Shown: positions 41,669 through 56,744 of the stretch, in pieces | How positions within the stretch are numbered: position 1 is the first letter of the stretch | How the letters are laid out: the number at the start of each line of letters is the position of its first letter | Source: Octopus vulgaris | Taxonomy: Eukaryota | Assembly: GCA_951406725.2 (NCBI GenBank) | Contig: OX597820.1 | Span: 106,330,001-106,394,000 of the forward strand | Direction of reading: 5' to 3' | Length of the DNA: 64,000 nt | Position numbers and translations under genes: made by a program | Notes under the pieces: generated by a model | The model's input: only the letters and a program-made list of their open reading frames with translations | Database searches by the model: none | What the model was told of the DNA's origin: nothing

Positions 41669-42093
<425 letters not shown>

Positions 42094-42650
42094 ATATATA
42101 TATACATACATACAATATATATATACAATATATATATATACATACAATATATATATATATATACATACAATATATATATATATATATACATACAATATAT
42201 ATATATAGGCGCAGGAGTGGCTGTGTGGTAAGTAGCTTGCTAACCAACCACATGGTTCCGGGTTCAGTCCCACTGCGTGGCATCTTGGGCAAGTGTCTTC
42301 TGCTATAGCCCCAGGCCGACCAATGCCTTGTGAGTTGATTTGGTAGACGGAAACTGAAAGAAGCCCGTCGTATATATGTATGTGTTTGTGTGTCTGTGTT
42401 TATCCCCCTAGCATTGCTTGACAACCGATGCTGGTGTGTTTACATCCCCGTCACTTAGTGGTTCGGCAAAAAGAGACCGATAGAATAAGTACTAAGCTTA
42501 CAAAGAATAAGTCCCGGGGTCGATTTGCTCGACTAAAGGCGGTGCTCCAGCATGGCCGCAGTCAAATGACTGAAACAAGTAAAAGAGTAAAAGAGTAATA
42601 TATATATATATATATATATACATACAATATATATATATACATACAATATA

Positions 42651-42694
<44 letters not shown>

Positions 42695-43588
42695 TGTATG
42701 TATATGGATGGAAGCACTCCGTCGGTTACGACGACGAGGGTTCCGGTTGATCCAATCAACGGAACAGCCTGCTTGTGAAATTAACGTGTAAGTGGCTGAG
42801 CACTCCACAGACACGTATACCCTTAACGTAGTTCTCGGGGATATTCAGCGTGACACAGAGAGTGACTGGCTTCTTGTGCCGGTGGCACATAAAAAGCACC
42901 ATCCGAGCGTGGCCGACGCCAGCACCGCCTCGACTGGCTTCTGTGCAGGTGGCACATAAAAAGCACCAACCGATCGTGGGATCTCGGAACATCTCACTGT
43001 GCTTGAGGAGACCTGTTGAGTCAAGTGCATGTACATGAACATCGATCCAAATATCAATGGAAACAGTAGTTGTGATACCTGTGCCGGTGACACATAAAAA
43101 GCACCATCCAAACGTGGCCAAGCACCATCCGAACCTGGCCGTTGCCAGTGCAGCCTCCACTGGCTTCTGTGCCGGTGGCACATAAAAAGCACTATCCGAA
43201 CGTGACCGATGCCAACCCTGCCTCGAATGGCTTCTGTGCCGGTGGCACATAAAAAGCACCATCCGAACGTGGCCGATGCCAGCACCGCCTTGACTGGCTT
43301 CTGTGACGGTAGCACATAAAAAAAAAGCACCAACCGATCGTGGCCGATGCCAGACCCCTCTGGTTCCTGTGCAGGTGGCACGTAAAAAGCACCCACTACA
43401 CTCACGGAGTGGTTGGCGTTAGGAAGGGCATCTAGCTGTAGAAACACTGCCAGACCAGACTGGAGCCTGGGGCAGCCCCTTGCTCCCCAGACCCCGGTCG
43501 AACCGTCCAACCCGTGCTTGCGCGGAAAACGGACGTTAAACGATGATGATGATATATATACACACACATACTATATATATACACATAC

Positions 43589-44419
<831 letters not shown>

Positions 44420-44459
44420 CACATACACATATATATATATATATACACATATATATATA

Positions 44460-44496
<37 letters not shown>

Positions 44497-45285
44497 AAAT
44501 ATATAAATAAATGGAGTTTAATGCAGGTATAAATCAAATACTTTTACTTTTGACATATGTTTTGAAGATTTCACTGATATTATTCAAAAGAATAAATGGT
44601 ATAAAACAATGCAATCTTCTCTTCAGGAAAGTGAAAAAACGAAACTCATCAATAATACATTTTAGTAAAAAATGATGGATATGTATAGTGATTTACTGAA
44701 CGCTATTAATATTGTTTGAAAAAACTTTATATGATATAACGTCAGAAGTAGCTTATAGAAAGAGTAGGGATATTAATAGTGAATGTTAAATATAAAGGAA
44801 ATTAATGTTTAAATTATATATAATGATAGAGATTACTTACATGCACTAAAGGTGTGTTTTTGCCAATGTTTACATCGGTATGCATGCTCTATAAGCATGT
44901 TTCCTAGGGTATTTTTAGAAAAAATAATGAAAAATAGTTCAGAATTACAGCGAAGACAGAATTCCTTGCCTTTGTCATAAGGTATCGTGATTGAGAGAAT
45001 CAACCATTCTAAATTAAATTGTTCATTGTGGTCTTTTAGATCCCAAATTTATTTACTGAGCCCTGTACTGTTACATTTATTCCTATCTCTAAATATTGAG
45101 TAATGGATAGAAATTCTTTTAGATAACTCTAACGATGTGCTTCCAATGTAAAATCATACTTTATTCCTAGTATTGATTATACACTGGTACATAGAATTTT
45201 AAATTTTAGAGTTACTTGACATAAATTTAATTCTGTTGGAATTGACTTCAGATACAATTACCTTGTTATTAATATTTATATATAC

Positions 45286-45365
<80 letters not shown>

Positions 45366-45473
45366 TATACATATATATGATATATATATATATATCATAT
45401 ATATATATATATCATATACATATATATGATATATATATATATCATATATATATATATATCATATACATATATA

Positions 45474-45513
<40 letters not shown>

Positions 45514-45525
45514 TATACATATATA

Positions 45526-45565
<40 letters not shown>

Positions 45566-45628
45566 TATACATATATATGATATATATATATATATATATC
45601 ATATATATATATATCATATACATATATA

Positions 45629-45666
<38 letters not shown>

Positions 45667-45703
45667 TATACATATATATGATATATATATATATATATAT
45701 ATC

Positions 45704-45742
<39 letters not shown>

Positions 45743-46031
45743 TCATATATGATATATATATATCATATACATATATATGATGTGGCACGTTAAAAGCACC
45801 AACCGATTGTGGCCGATGCCAGACTCCCCTGACACCTGTGCAGGTGGCACGTAAAAAGCACCCACTACACTCGTGGAGTGGCTGGCGTTAGGAAAGGCAT
45901 CCAACTATAGAAACACTGCCAGATCAGACTGGAGCCTGGTGCAGCCCCTGGCTTCCCAGAGCCCGGTCGAACCGTCCAACCCGTGCTAGCGCGGAAAACA
46001 GACGCTAAACGATGATGATGATACATATATA

Positions 46032-46073
<42 letters not shown>

Positions 46074-46344
46074 ATAAAACGGTAAGATAACAAAAGAAAG
46101 AAAGAGACCTCAATATTATGTAAATAGAGGAAATTTATCTATACAATATGTTACATTACTCGGTAGTCAAGATAAAACTCTGAGTTTCAGATGCCGAAGT
46201 GGAAATCCACAACACCATCTCTTCGGTTATCTGGCTATTTCTGGAAATAGCCAGATAACCGAAGAGATGGTGTTGTGGATTTCCACTTCGGCATCTGAAA
46301 CTCAGAGTTTTATCTTGACTACCGAGTAATGTAACATATTGTAT

Positions 46345-46382
<38 letters not shown>

Positions 46383-46515
46383 GTAGCAACAAGGGCGGTG
46401 CCCCAGCATGGCCTCAGCCGGATGGCTGAAACAAGTAAAAGAGTATATATATATCATCATCATCATCGTTTAGCGTCCGTCTTTCATGCTAGCATGGGTT
46501 GGACATATATATATG

Positions 46516-46546
<31 letters not shown>

Positions 46547-46611
46547 ATATATATATATATATAGATATATGATATATATAGATATATGATATATATATAT
46601 ATATGATATAT

Positions 46612-46731
46612 ATCACATGATCACGTGACCGACCAGTCCATCAGATTTAGTTACGCATCGCTGGTCACAATGCATTCGCATTGTTTTAGCCTTCGAATGA
46701 TGCCACCCCGCTGGCTATGCGAGCAGGCCAA
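46612..46731 (-). mobile_element. SINE family C 3' fragment within (TA)n
   Basis: Homology to 14060-14150. Confidence 0.5.
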
Positions 46732-46789
46732 TGATATATATATATCTATATCATGTACATATATATGATATATATATACATATACATAT

Positions 46790-46834
<45 letters not shown>

Positions 46835-46865
46835 TATATATTATATATATATCATATACATAAAT

Positions 46866-47750
46866 ATCATCATCATCATCGTTTAGCATGGGTTGGATGG
46901 TTCAACGGGGGTCTGGGAAGCCAGAAGGCTGCACCAGGCCCAGTCTGATCTGGCAATGTTTCTACGGCTGGATGCCCTTCCTAACGCCAAACATTCCGTG
47001 GGTGTAGCAGGTGCTATTTACGTGCCATCGGCACAGGTGCCAGATGAGGCTGGCAAACGGCCACATCAGATGGTGCTTTTTATGTGCCACCGGAACGGGG
47101 GCCAGGAGAGGTTGGCAACAGCCACAATTAGATGGTGCGTTTTACGTGCCACCGGCACGGAGGCTGGTCGGGGCAGCGCTGGCAACGGCCACGTTCGGAT
47201 GGTTCTCTTACATGCCACCGGCGCTGGTATCATAGCTACAATTTCCATTGATGTTGTTCGATTTCGATTCTGATTCTCACTTACCTCAAAAGGTCTTCAC
47301 AAGTAGAGTTTTGTGTCCCAAGAAGGAAAGATATGCATAAGTGGACTGGCTACATCCCAGGTAAAGGCCATGGGTTATGGTCTCACGTGTCCTGCTGGGT
47401 CTTCTCATGCACAGCATACTTCCAAAGATCTCGGTCTCTAGTTATTTGCTCGGTGAGACCTAAAGTTCGAAGGTCTTTCTTCACCACCAGGTTTTCCTGG
47501 GTCTGCCTCTTCCACAGGTTTCCTCAACCGCTAGGGTGTGGCACTTTTTCACACAACTATCTTCATCCATTCTCGCCACATGTCCATACCAGCGCAAACG
47601 TCTCTCTTGCACACCACAACTGATGCTTCTTAGATCCAACTTTTCTCTCAAGGTACTTACACTCTGTCGAGTATGAACACTGACATTACACATCCATCGG
47701 AGCATACTGGCTTCATTTCTTCCAAGCTTACACATATTCTCAGCAGTCAT
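46866..47750 (-). mobile_element. 5'-truncated RTE LINE
   Basis: ORF 47481-47750(-) RNEASMLRWMC...RRLRWYGHVARM...GRGRPRKTW; repeat-bearing 3' UTR; (GAT)n tail. Confidence 0.9.
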
Positions 47751-48090
47751 GATATATATATATCATATATATATATATCATATATATATATCATATATAC
47801 ATTCCTTTATGTACATTCCTTTATGTACAGATTTGTTCTGCTTTTTATATTTAACCCTACAGTCTCTTATGTGGTGGTTTAATAAAGTATGTGATTGAGT
47901 ATTATCTGGTAATTGATATTTGATTTAGATGTATTTCTCCATTTTCTTATCTTGTATATATCATATATATATATATCATATGTATATATATCATATATAT
48001 AAAGGGCCAATCAAACAAGTTCATTTCTTTTTAAAGGTGTAGCGTTTGTAAGAGTATAGATTGAATTAATATATATGTTCCATTCTAGCA

Positions 48091-48137
48091 AAAACTGTCT
48101 GATGAACGGCAACGAGAAACTCAGAGTAACAGATTTT
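48091..48137 (+). ncRNA. Minimal type I hammerhead ribozyme motif in a short Penelope-type fragment (about 48000-48165)
   Basis: AAAACTGT-CTGATGA-ACG-GCAA-CGA-GAAAC-TCAGA-GTA-ACAGATTTT: intact core, GNRA-capped stem II, stem I CTGT/ACAG. Confidence 0.75.
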
Positions 48138-48164
48138 GTTGAATTTTCTGCTGCTTAAAATAAA

Positions 48165-48301
<137 letters not shown>

Positions 48302-48519
48302 TATATATATATATATATATCATATATATATATATCATATATATATCATATATATATATATATATCATATATATATATCATATACATATATATGATATAT
48401 ATATCATATATATATATCATATACATATATATGATATATATATCATATATATATATCATATACATATATATGATATATATATCATATATATATATATATA
48501 TCATATGTATATATATGAT

Positions 48520-49543
48520 GAGCCATTATGAGAGATGCTGAATGTGGAGGAGAGCCTGCCAAATGTTGAGCCAGTAGAGGGACCAGCTCTCCGAATAGTA
48601 GCTCCCTAGTAGTTAAAGCAATTAAGGGTATGAAACCAGGAAAAGCCCCCGGCCCATCAGGAATCACTGCTGAGATGCTTAAAACAGCTGGTGGTGTGGG
48701 CTGTGGCCTAGTCACCCGCATTGTAAACCAGGTAGTTCAAAATGGAGAGACGTCTGCGCTGGTATGGTCATGTACTACAGATGGATGAGGAGAGATGTGT
48801 GAAGAAGTGCCACTCCCAAATAGCTGAAGGAATCCAGAGTTGAGGTAGACCCAGGAGGACATGGGATGAGGTAGTCAAGCATGACCTTCGAACTTTGGGT
48901 CTCACAGAGGCAATGACAGAAGACCGAGACCTCTGGAGATATGCTTTGACTGCGAAGACCCGACAAATAATGTGAGTTCATGGCTGTCTCCTGTACCAGC
49001 ATCATATAGAAGCCCCAGCCCTTCCAAAGTACCTTGGATCACATGACGGCCTGCTGTACTTACCTTGTATCGTAGGGCGACCTGCTGTGCTTGAGGAGAC
49101 CTATTGAGTCAAGTACATCAACGTCAAAAGATCAAATGGAAGTTGCAGTTGCAATACCTGTGCCAGTGGCACCTAAAATGCACCATCTGTACGTGGTCAA
49201 TGCCAGCGCCGCATTGACTGGCTTCCATGCCGGTGGCACATAAAAAGTACCATCCGTACGTGGTCGATGCCAGCACCACCTTGACTGGCTTCTGTGCCAG
49301 TGGCACGTAAAAAGTACCAACCGATCATGGCCGTTGCTAGCCTCCCCTGGCACCTGTGCCGGTGGCACGTAAAAAGCACCCACTACACTCACAGAGTAGT
49401 TGGCGTTAGGAAAGGCATCCAGCTGTAGAAACACAGCTAGATCAGAATGGAGCCTGGTGCAGCTTCCTGGCTTCCCAGACCCCGGTCGAGCCGTCCAACC
49501 CATGCTGGCATGGAAAACGGACGTTAAACGATGATGATGATGA
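48520..49543 (+). mobile_element. Internally deleted RTE LINE
   Basis: VKAIKGMKPGKAPGPSGITAEMLK (pre-RT region) fused near 48745 to RRLRWYGHV (post-RT); full 3' UTR and (GAT)n. Confidence 0.85.
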
Positions 49544-49685
49544 TATGTATATATATATATTTGTATATATATGTATATATATATATATATGTGTATATAT
49601 ATATGTATGTGTGTATATATATATGTATGTGTGTATATATGTGTATATGTATGTGTGTATATATATGTATATATATATGTATGTA

Positions 49686-49726
<41 letters not shown>

Positions 49727-49732
49727 GTATGT

Positions 49733-49778
<46 letters not shown>

Positions 49779-49780
49779 AT

Positions 49781-50543
49781 CATCATCATCATCATCATCG
49801 TTTAACGTCCGCTTTCCATGCTAGCATGGGTTGGACGGTTCAACTGGGGTCTGGGAAGCCCGAAGGCTGCACCAGGCCAGTCAGATGTGGCAGTGTTTCT
49901 ACAGCTGGATGCCCTTCCTAACACCAACCACTCCGAGAGTGTAGTGGGTGATTTTATGTGCCACCGACACAGGTGCCAGACGAGGCTGGCAGACGGCCAC
50001 GCTCGGATGGTGTTTTTTATGTGCCACCGACACAGGTGCCAGACGAGGCTGGCAGACGGCCACGCTCGGATGGTGTTTTTTATGTGCCACCGACACAGGT
50101 GCCAGACGAGGCTGGCAGACGGCCACGCTCGGATGGTGTTTTTTATGTGCCACCGACACAGGTGCCAGACGAGGCTGGCAGACGGCCACGCTCGGATGGT
50201 GTTATCTTATGTGTCACCAACACAGGTGCTAGACGAGGCTGGCGGACGGCCACGTTCGGATGGTGTTTGTTACGTGCCCTCAGCACGGAGGCCAGTCATT
50301 GCGGTACTGGCTACGGTCACGTTCGGATGGTTTTCTTATGTGCCACCGGCACTGGTACCACAAGGATACAAATTCCATTGATGTTCATCTATTTTGATTT
50401 GGTTCGATTTGGTTTGATACAATTCGATTCTCACTTGCTTCAACAGGTCTTCACAAGTGTCACAAGAAGGAAGGTATGCACAGGTGGACTGACTACGTCC
50501 CAGGTAGGGGCCACGGATTATGGCTTCACTAGTCTTGCCGGGT
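49781..50543 (-). mobile_element. RTE 3' UTR, near-identical inverted copy of about 19592-20414, with a 5-unit 63-bp array
   Basis: Reverse-complement match including the homogenised repeats; flanked by (TA)/(TATG)n. Confidence 0.92.
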
Positions 50544-50661
50544 CATATATATATATATATACATGTGTGTATATATATGTATGTGTATATATATATATAT
50601 ATATATACATGTGTGTATATATATGTATGTGTGTATATATATATATGTATGTATGTATATG

Positions 50662-50735
<74 letters not shown>

Positions 50736-51013
50736 TGTATGTATATATATGTATATGTATATATATGTATGTATATATATATATATATATGTATGTATAT
50801 ATATATATGTATGTATATGTATATATATATATGTATGTATATGTATATATATATATGTATAGATATATATGTATATATATCTATGTATGTATGTGTATAT
50901 ATATATATGTATAGATATATATGTATATATATATCTATGTATGTATGTGTATATATATATATGTGTGTATATATATATGTATGTGTATATATATGTATGT
51001 ATGTTTATATATA

Positions 51014-51837
51014 TCTTCTCTCTATATATAAACGGCAGTTTGTCTGTCGGTGTGTTTGTCAGGTTGTACCCTCACCCTGACCACGGCTTTCAACCGATTC
51101 TGATGAAACTTGACACACACATAGCCTAATGTCATAATTCAAAACTAACGTAGCGAAAATTTTGAAAAGTTCCCCCAGTTCTGAAAAAAATTGATAAATT
51201 CGACATGGGGTCGAGAATCTAAGCTTCTTATATGCAACACATTTTCTGTTGTAGTTTTCGCAACTTGCAATCGATTTTCACCAAACTCATGGTGAAGCTT
51301 CATGTTACCCTAAGGAACTTAATTCTGACGTTAGTTTTCCATGCAATACCTTACCTTCAGAAAAAATCTATAAAATCATGCCATTTTGGGAAATCGCGTT
51401 CAAATTCAAGATGACATATTTTCGACAATATCTTTAACAAATTGGCAGGAATTTTTTTTGAAATTCACAGCGAGCATCATGTCTGCTCCAAGGAGCTATA
51501 TGGCCCTTTTGATTCCAATAGGATACTTTATTACTGGACAAAATCGGTTAATTAAATCATATGTGGCACACATAGCAAACCGATTTGTGTATTAAACACA
51601 AACCACAGACTATCTAGGGGACGCAACTCGACCTTTTTAACTCTCTTGGGAGATGCAATGATGTTTTCATGTTTTCGCCCAAAGGGACAACTAGGAACAT
51701 CGTATACACAGAAGTATTCGAGTGAAGAGAAGACATTGCAACCTACACATGCGCCTTCATTCCCTAGGGGGAAAGGACTAGATTGGGATTAGTCATTGCC
51801 TACTAGGGGCTCTTACATACCCGGGCTATGCTGCTAG
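51014..51837 (+). mobile_element. Non-autonomous Helitron
   Basis: A|TC...CTAG|T boundaries; TCTATATATAAA and TGTCTGTC near the 5' end; CCCGGGC remnant before CTAG; no TSD. Confidence 0.65.
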
Positions 51838-52521
51838 TGTATGTATATATGTATGTATGTATATATATATATGTATGTATATATATATATATGTATGTAT
51901 ATATGTATATATGTATGTATATATATATATATATATGTATGTATATATATATACATATTTGATATGTATATAGTTATTGATTAGGAAATGTTTATTAGGT
52001 GACACTAATTAGTCGATGGTAAACTTGGTATCTAAGGTAGCAGTGAAGCTGGTCTTATTTCTTTAACTGTGGGTTAAGAAAAGAATGATCTTTGTAATTT
52101 TGAACTAAGAAATCCAAAGTCTGCAATTTTTTTTTTTTAACTATATAGAAAGTATTTGTTTAAAACTAGGACCCTAAATCCATACCTTATTAATTATTAC
52201 ATTATTTATGTGGATAAAAGGCTCAGATATGTTATTTTGCTCTTGTTAGTTGTGAAAATACTGAAAGTACTTTGTTTCATTCTTGAAAGTAATTTGTGCT
52301 TAAACTGTTTAACTTTTTAATGTTGTTTTTGTTGAAGGATGAGTGTGTCATTATGAATACAAAGTATATTTATATGCAAAAACAAAAAAATAAAAGATGT
52401 ACAAATTAAATAATGTTCATAAACACAAGCTTTCAATGACAGTAAAAATGACGTAATGATAAAATAGTTAAGTTCCTAGACTCAAGTCAGTTTCTGATTC
52501 AAACAATAATTGAAGATTCCA

Positions 52522-52659
52522 AATTTATAAAATCCTTCATTGTTAAATAAAGAAGGCATTGGGTTTTTTTTTTTAACGGACTTCATATTTCTATATGAAG
52601 TCCGTTAAAAAAAAAAACCCAATGCCTTCTTTATTTAACAATGAAGGATTTTATAAATT
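52522..52659. repeat. Perfect inverted repeat with 67-bp arms and a 4-nt loop
   Basis: 52522-52588 is the exact reverse complement of 52593-52659. Confidence 0.95.
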
Positions 52660-54110
52660 CCACACCTGAAAAAAAATGCTAATGTTTTCCTGTATCTAAA
52701 AGTGCTTCATTGTTCTTTTGGATTTTTAAGGATTTTATCTCTCTGAGAAATGGTAGTTATAAAATAGGTATTCTTGAGATGTCCTTGTCTTTCTGATTAG
52801 AATGATTTAACTGAAAGAACTACTTTGGATGAGCTTTTAAATAAAAAATTGCTAAGTCCTTTCGCTTAAAAACATGTAACCTTTTTGCCTAGTCAATAAA
52901 TAGCATGTATAGCTATTAATACCTCTCTCACTTTTTCTGTGTGTCTCTCTCGTAACTGATATTATCTATTTAGCTTCCCCCCCCCCCACTCTCTCTCTCT
53001 CTTTATCTATCTATCTCTACCTCTCTCTACACACAGCTGGTGTCTTCCAAAGCATTCATAACAACATAGAACTATGGTATATCTTCACTATGCTGAGGAG
53101 CTACTAACATTCTTTAGGTTCATGTTACTCGAACGAGCTATGTTATTTAAGTTACTCATATCTTCTCATATCCATTCAGCATGCCTCTCTCCCCAAACAT
53201 CTTTCATGTCCAGAAATATTTATAAAACATATTCATTTTTTTACAATATTTATATGTGAGACTTTAGATACGATAATTAAAGAGAAATGAAACCATGTAT
53301 CTTATGGCATTCAGTTTCGACTGCAAATTTAAACCACTTCATGGTCTCTACTACTAGGGGCTTTCTTACCCCTTTCTCCACACAAAGTAAGGCCTCAGAC
53401 AAGTTGCATAATGGGATAACAAGTTTCTCACAGAGACCCTTTCCTTCTCTGAATGCTGGTCTTCAGTATGTGTAAACCTCATTTGAGATCCCAGAAAATG
53501 TCCAGGCACAATTGTGATGTACCCTCTGTACCCCACTCTCATAGGTCCGTTACTCCACAGCAGTCAATAATAATTACATTGTCAGTAGAGAAGAGTGCAA
53601 AATATCTCAGGATTAACCCGGCCATGCATTCTTCTTCCCTACTCCAAGATTGTTAAAATCAGTACCAGTAAAGTCTTTATCAATTCAACAGGAATTTTAA
53701 CAGTGTCTAATCTTAGAGGACTTGTGATGCCATGGGTACAACTACATCCAAATGAAACCAATTTAAGAAAAAGAAAAAACATTTTTTTCTTTTACATATA
53801 CCCAGGCCTATTCCCCATTTTTAAGGAGGGGGTAGCCACAAAACACACACCAGGCATTCCGTTCATTTCCCAGCTCAGGTGAGGGCGTAGAACACAACCT
53901 CCTGCAACTGGGGGTGGGGGGGGACTGGTAGAATGCAGTCGCTGTGTTCCCTGCGTGGTGTAAGAGGGGACTAAAAGGGGAAGGAGTGAAGGGACTGGGA
54001 ATCCACTCCTAGTAATTTCATATTTCTAAAAAGACAAGGCAACAACAATTAACATACTTTCTTCAAAATTTGTGGCTTTATGCCAAAATTAATATTTATG
54101 TTTATTAACA

Positions 54111-55510
54111 GGTGGTGAGTTTCTAGAATCATGGGAGCAATGGACAAAATGCTTTGCAGTGTCTAGTTATAGTCTTTTATATTTATATTCTGAATTCAAA
54201 ATCCTGCCAAGGTCAACTTTGCCTTTGATCCTTCCGGGGTCAATAAAATAAAATATAAATCAAGTTCTGAGGTTTATTTACATTTCTATAATACCCAATG
54301 ACAAACGGCTGAGATCTTTGTCAAGATGTCATGCTTGAGTAGAAGACCCATCAAGCCAAGTGAAATCATAGTTGTGGTGGCAGATACTGTGTCACGTAAC
54401 TGGCACCCGTGCTAGTGGCATGTAAAAGTACCCATTACACTCTCGGAGTTAAGGAAGGACATCCAGTTGTAGAAACCATGCCAAATCAGACTGGAGTCTG
54501 GTGCAGCCCTGGTCAAACCGTCCAACCCATGCCAGCATGGATGGCGGACATTAAATGATGATGATGATGACAATCCTAATAGGAAAGTAATTCAAATGTG
54601 TTATCTTTTGTCTTTTACTTGTTTCAGTTATTGGAGTGCTGCTGTGTTGGAGTACCACCTTGAAAGGTTTAGTTGGTACTTATTCTATCTGTCTCTTGCC
54701 AAACCGCTGTGGCTGTGTGGTAAGAAGCTGGCTTCTCAACCACATGGTTCCAGGTTCACTCCCACTGTGTGGCACCTTGGGCAAGTGTCTTCTACTGTAG
54801 CCAAAGCCTTGAGAGTGGATTTGGTAGACGGAAACTGAAAGAAGCCTGTTGTAAATGTATATATTTATGCGTTTGTGTCTGTGTTTGTCCCCTACTTGCC
54901 ATCACTTGACAACCGATGTTGGTATGTTTATGTCCCCCATAACTTAGTGTTTCAGCAGAAGAGACCGATAGAATAAGTACTAGGCTTACAAAGAATAAGT
55001 CCTGGGGTTAGTTTTTTTTGACAAAAAACCCTTTAAGGTGGTGCTCCAGCATGGTTGCAGTCAAATGACTGAAATAAGTAAAAGAATAAACCAACACCAG
55101 TTGTCTAATGGTGGTGGGGAACCGGCTCTGTTGTAAGAAGCTTGCTTCCCAGCCACATGGTTTCAGGTTCAGTCCCATTGCATGGTACCTTGGGCAAGTG
55201 TCCTCTACTATAGCCTTAAGCTGACCAAAGCCTTCTGACTAGATTTAGTAGGCAAAAACTGAAAGAAGCCTATCGTATATATGTGTGTGTGTCTTTTCTC
55301 TGTGTTTGTCCCCCACCACCACCACTTGAAAACTGGTGCTGGTGTGTTTATGTCCCCATAGCTTAGCAGTTTTGCAAAAGCGACCAATAGAATAAGTACC
55401 AAGCTTTAAAAATAAATACTGGAGTTGATTCATTTGACTAAAAAGTTCTCCAAAGCAGTGCCCCATCATGGCCACAGTCTAGTGACTGAAACAAGCAAAA
55501 GATAAAAGAC
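54111..55510 (+). mobile_element. Cluster of diverged SINEs (families B and A) and an RTE tail
   Basis: Family B at 54111-54265, RTE tail at 54310-54570, family A at 54707-55090 and 55125-55510. Confidence 0.75.
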
Positions 55511-55541
<31 letters not shown>

Positions 55542-56399
55542 AAATCTTCTTTCAGTTTCCATCTGTCAAACCCACTCCTCAGAAGGAAATTTTCCATCAT
55601 TTGCATTGTGTAGTGTCAGCCATACTTCATGTGTGTATGAGTGTGTTTAGAGTCAAGGAAGTTGTGTACACATAATCTCCTTATTGTTGTTTCAAACCCA
55701 ATGTCTGTGACTACATCATACCAAATTTTGTCATTAATACCTTTGAAAAAGATATGTCACAGTCCTCCCTTTTTCATAACCTTAGGTGTTGTATGGTACC
55801 AAATGCCTATTAAGCACTGTAGAGGGGAAACAGAGACTAATTCAGCAGTCATGTCTGGTATCCAATTCTAATTCTTTAGTTGGGATTAGTTTCACCACAC
55901 TTATGCTGCTAGGTTTATCATGTTAGATAAGCACTTGTGCTTATCATGTTAGATGCAATTTGAAATTTCCCCTAAACTTAGAAGATTTTAGCTTATTACT
56001 TAAGAAGTCAGTGATTTGATATCTTTTACTTTTTTTTCATTTATTCAGTCAAATTAAGACAATTTCTCTTCCAAGAATGAATTCCTTTTGGATGCTACCT
56101 GCATGGAAGAATGATATGTAATGCTGGGAGCATTGAAAGAACTTGTTGTCATTGTTGCTTTAATGTCCACTTTTCCATGCTTGCTTGGGTCAGACAGAAT
56201 TAATTCATTCATTGGAAGATATTTTACATGGCTACATACCCGTCTTGTATCTAACCTTCACTTATTTCCAAGCAAGGAAATATTTTCCCTTGGCCAGATA
56301 TCTTTTAATGAAAGATTGGAAACAAATAACACCATTTGTATGATAGTGGCACTCATTTACAACTTTGACACAATGTCAAGACAATGATTCACAGATACA

Positions 56400-56461
<62 letters not shown>

Positions 56462-56469
56462 TTCTCTCC

Positions 56470-56522
<53 letters not shown>

Positions 56523-56744
56523 GTACAGTGGACTTTTTTCATTTTCTGTCTACCAAATCCACTCACAAGGCTTTGGTTGATCCAGGACTGTGTGGCTCCT
56601 TGGACACTTGTCCATAGTGCCACACAGTGACACTGAACTTGAAGCCACATGGTTGGGAACAACTACAACACAACTGAGGACAGGATAAAATGTATTATAG
56701 CCCTTAACTAATATTTTGATTCTTTCAGTTATTATGAGAGATAA

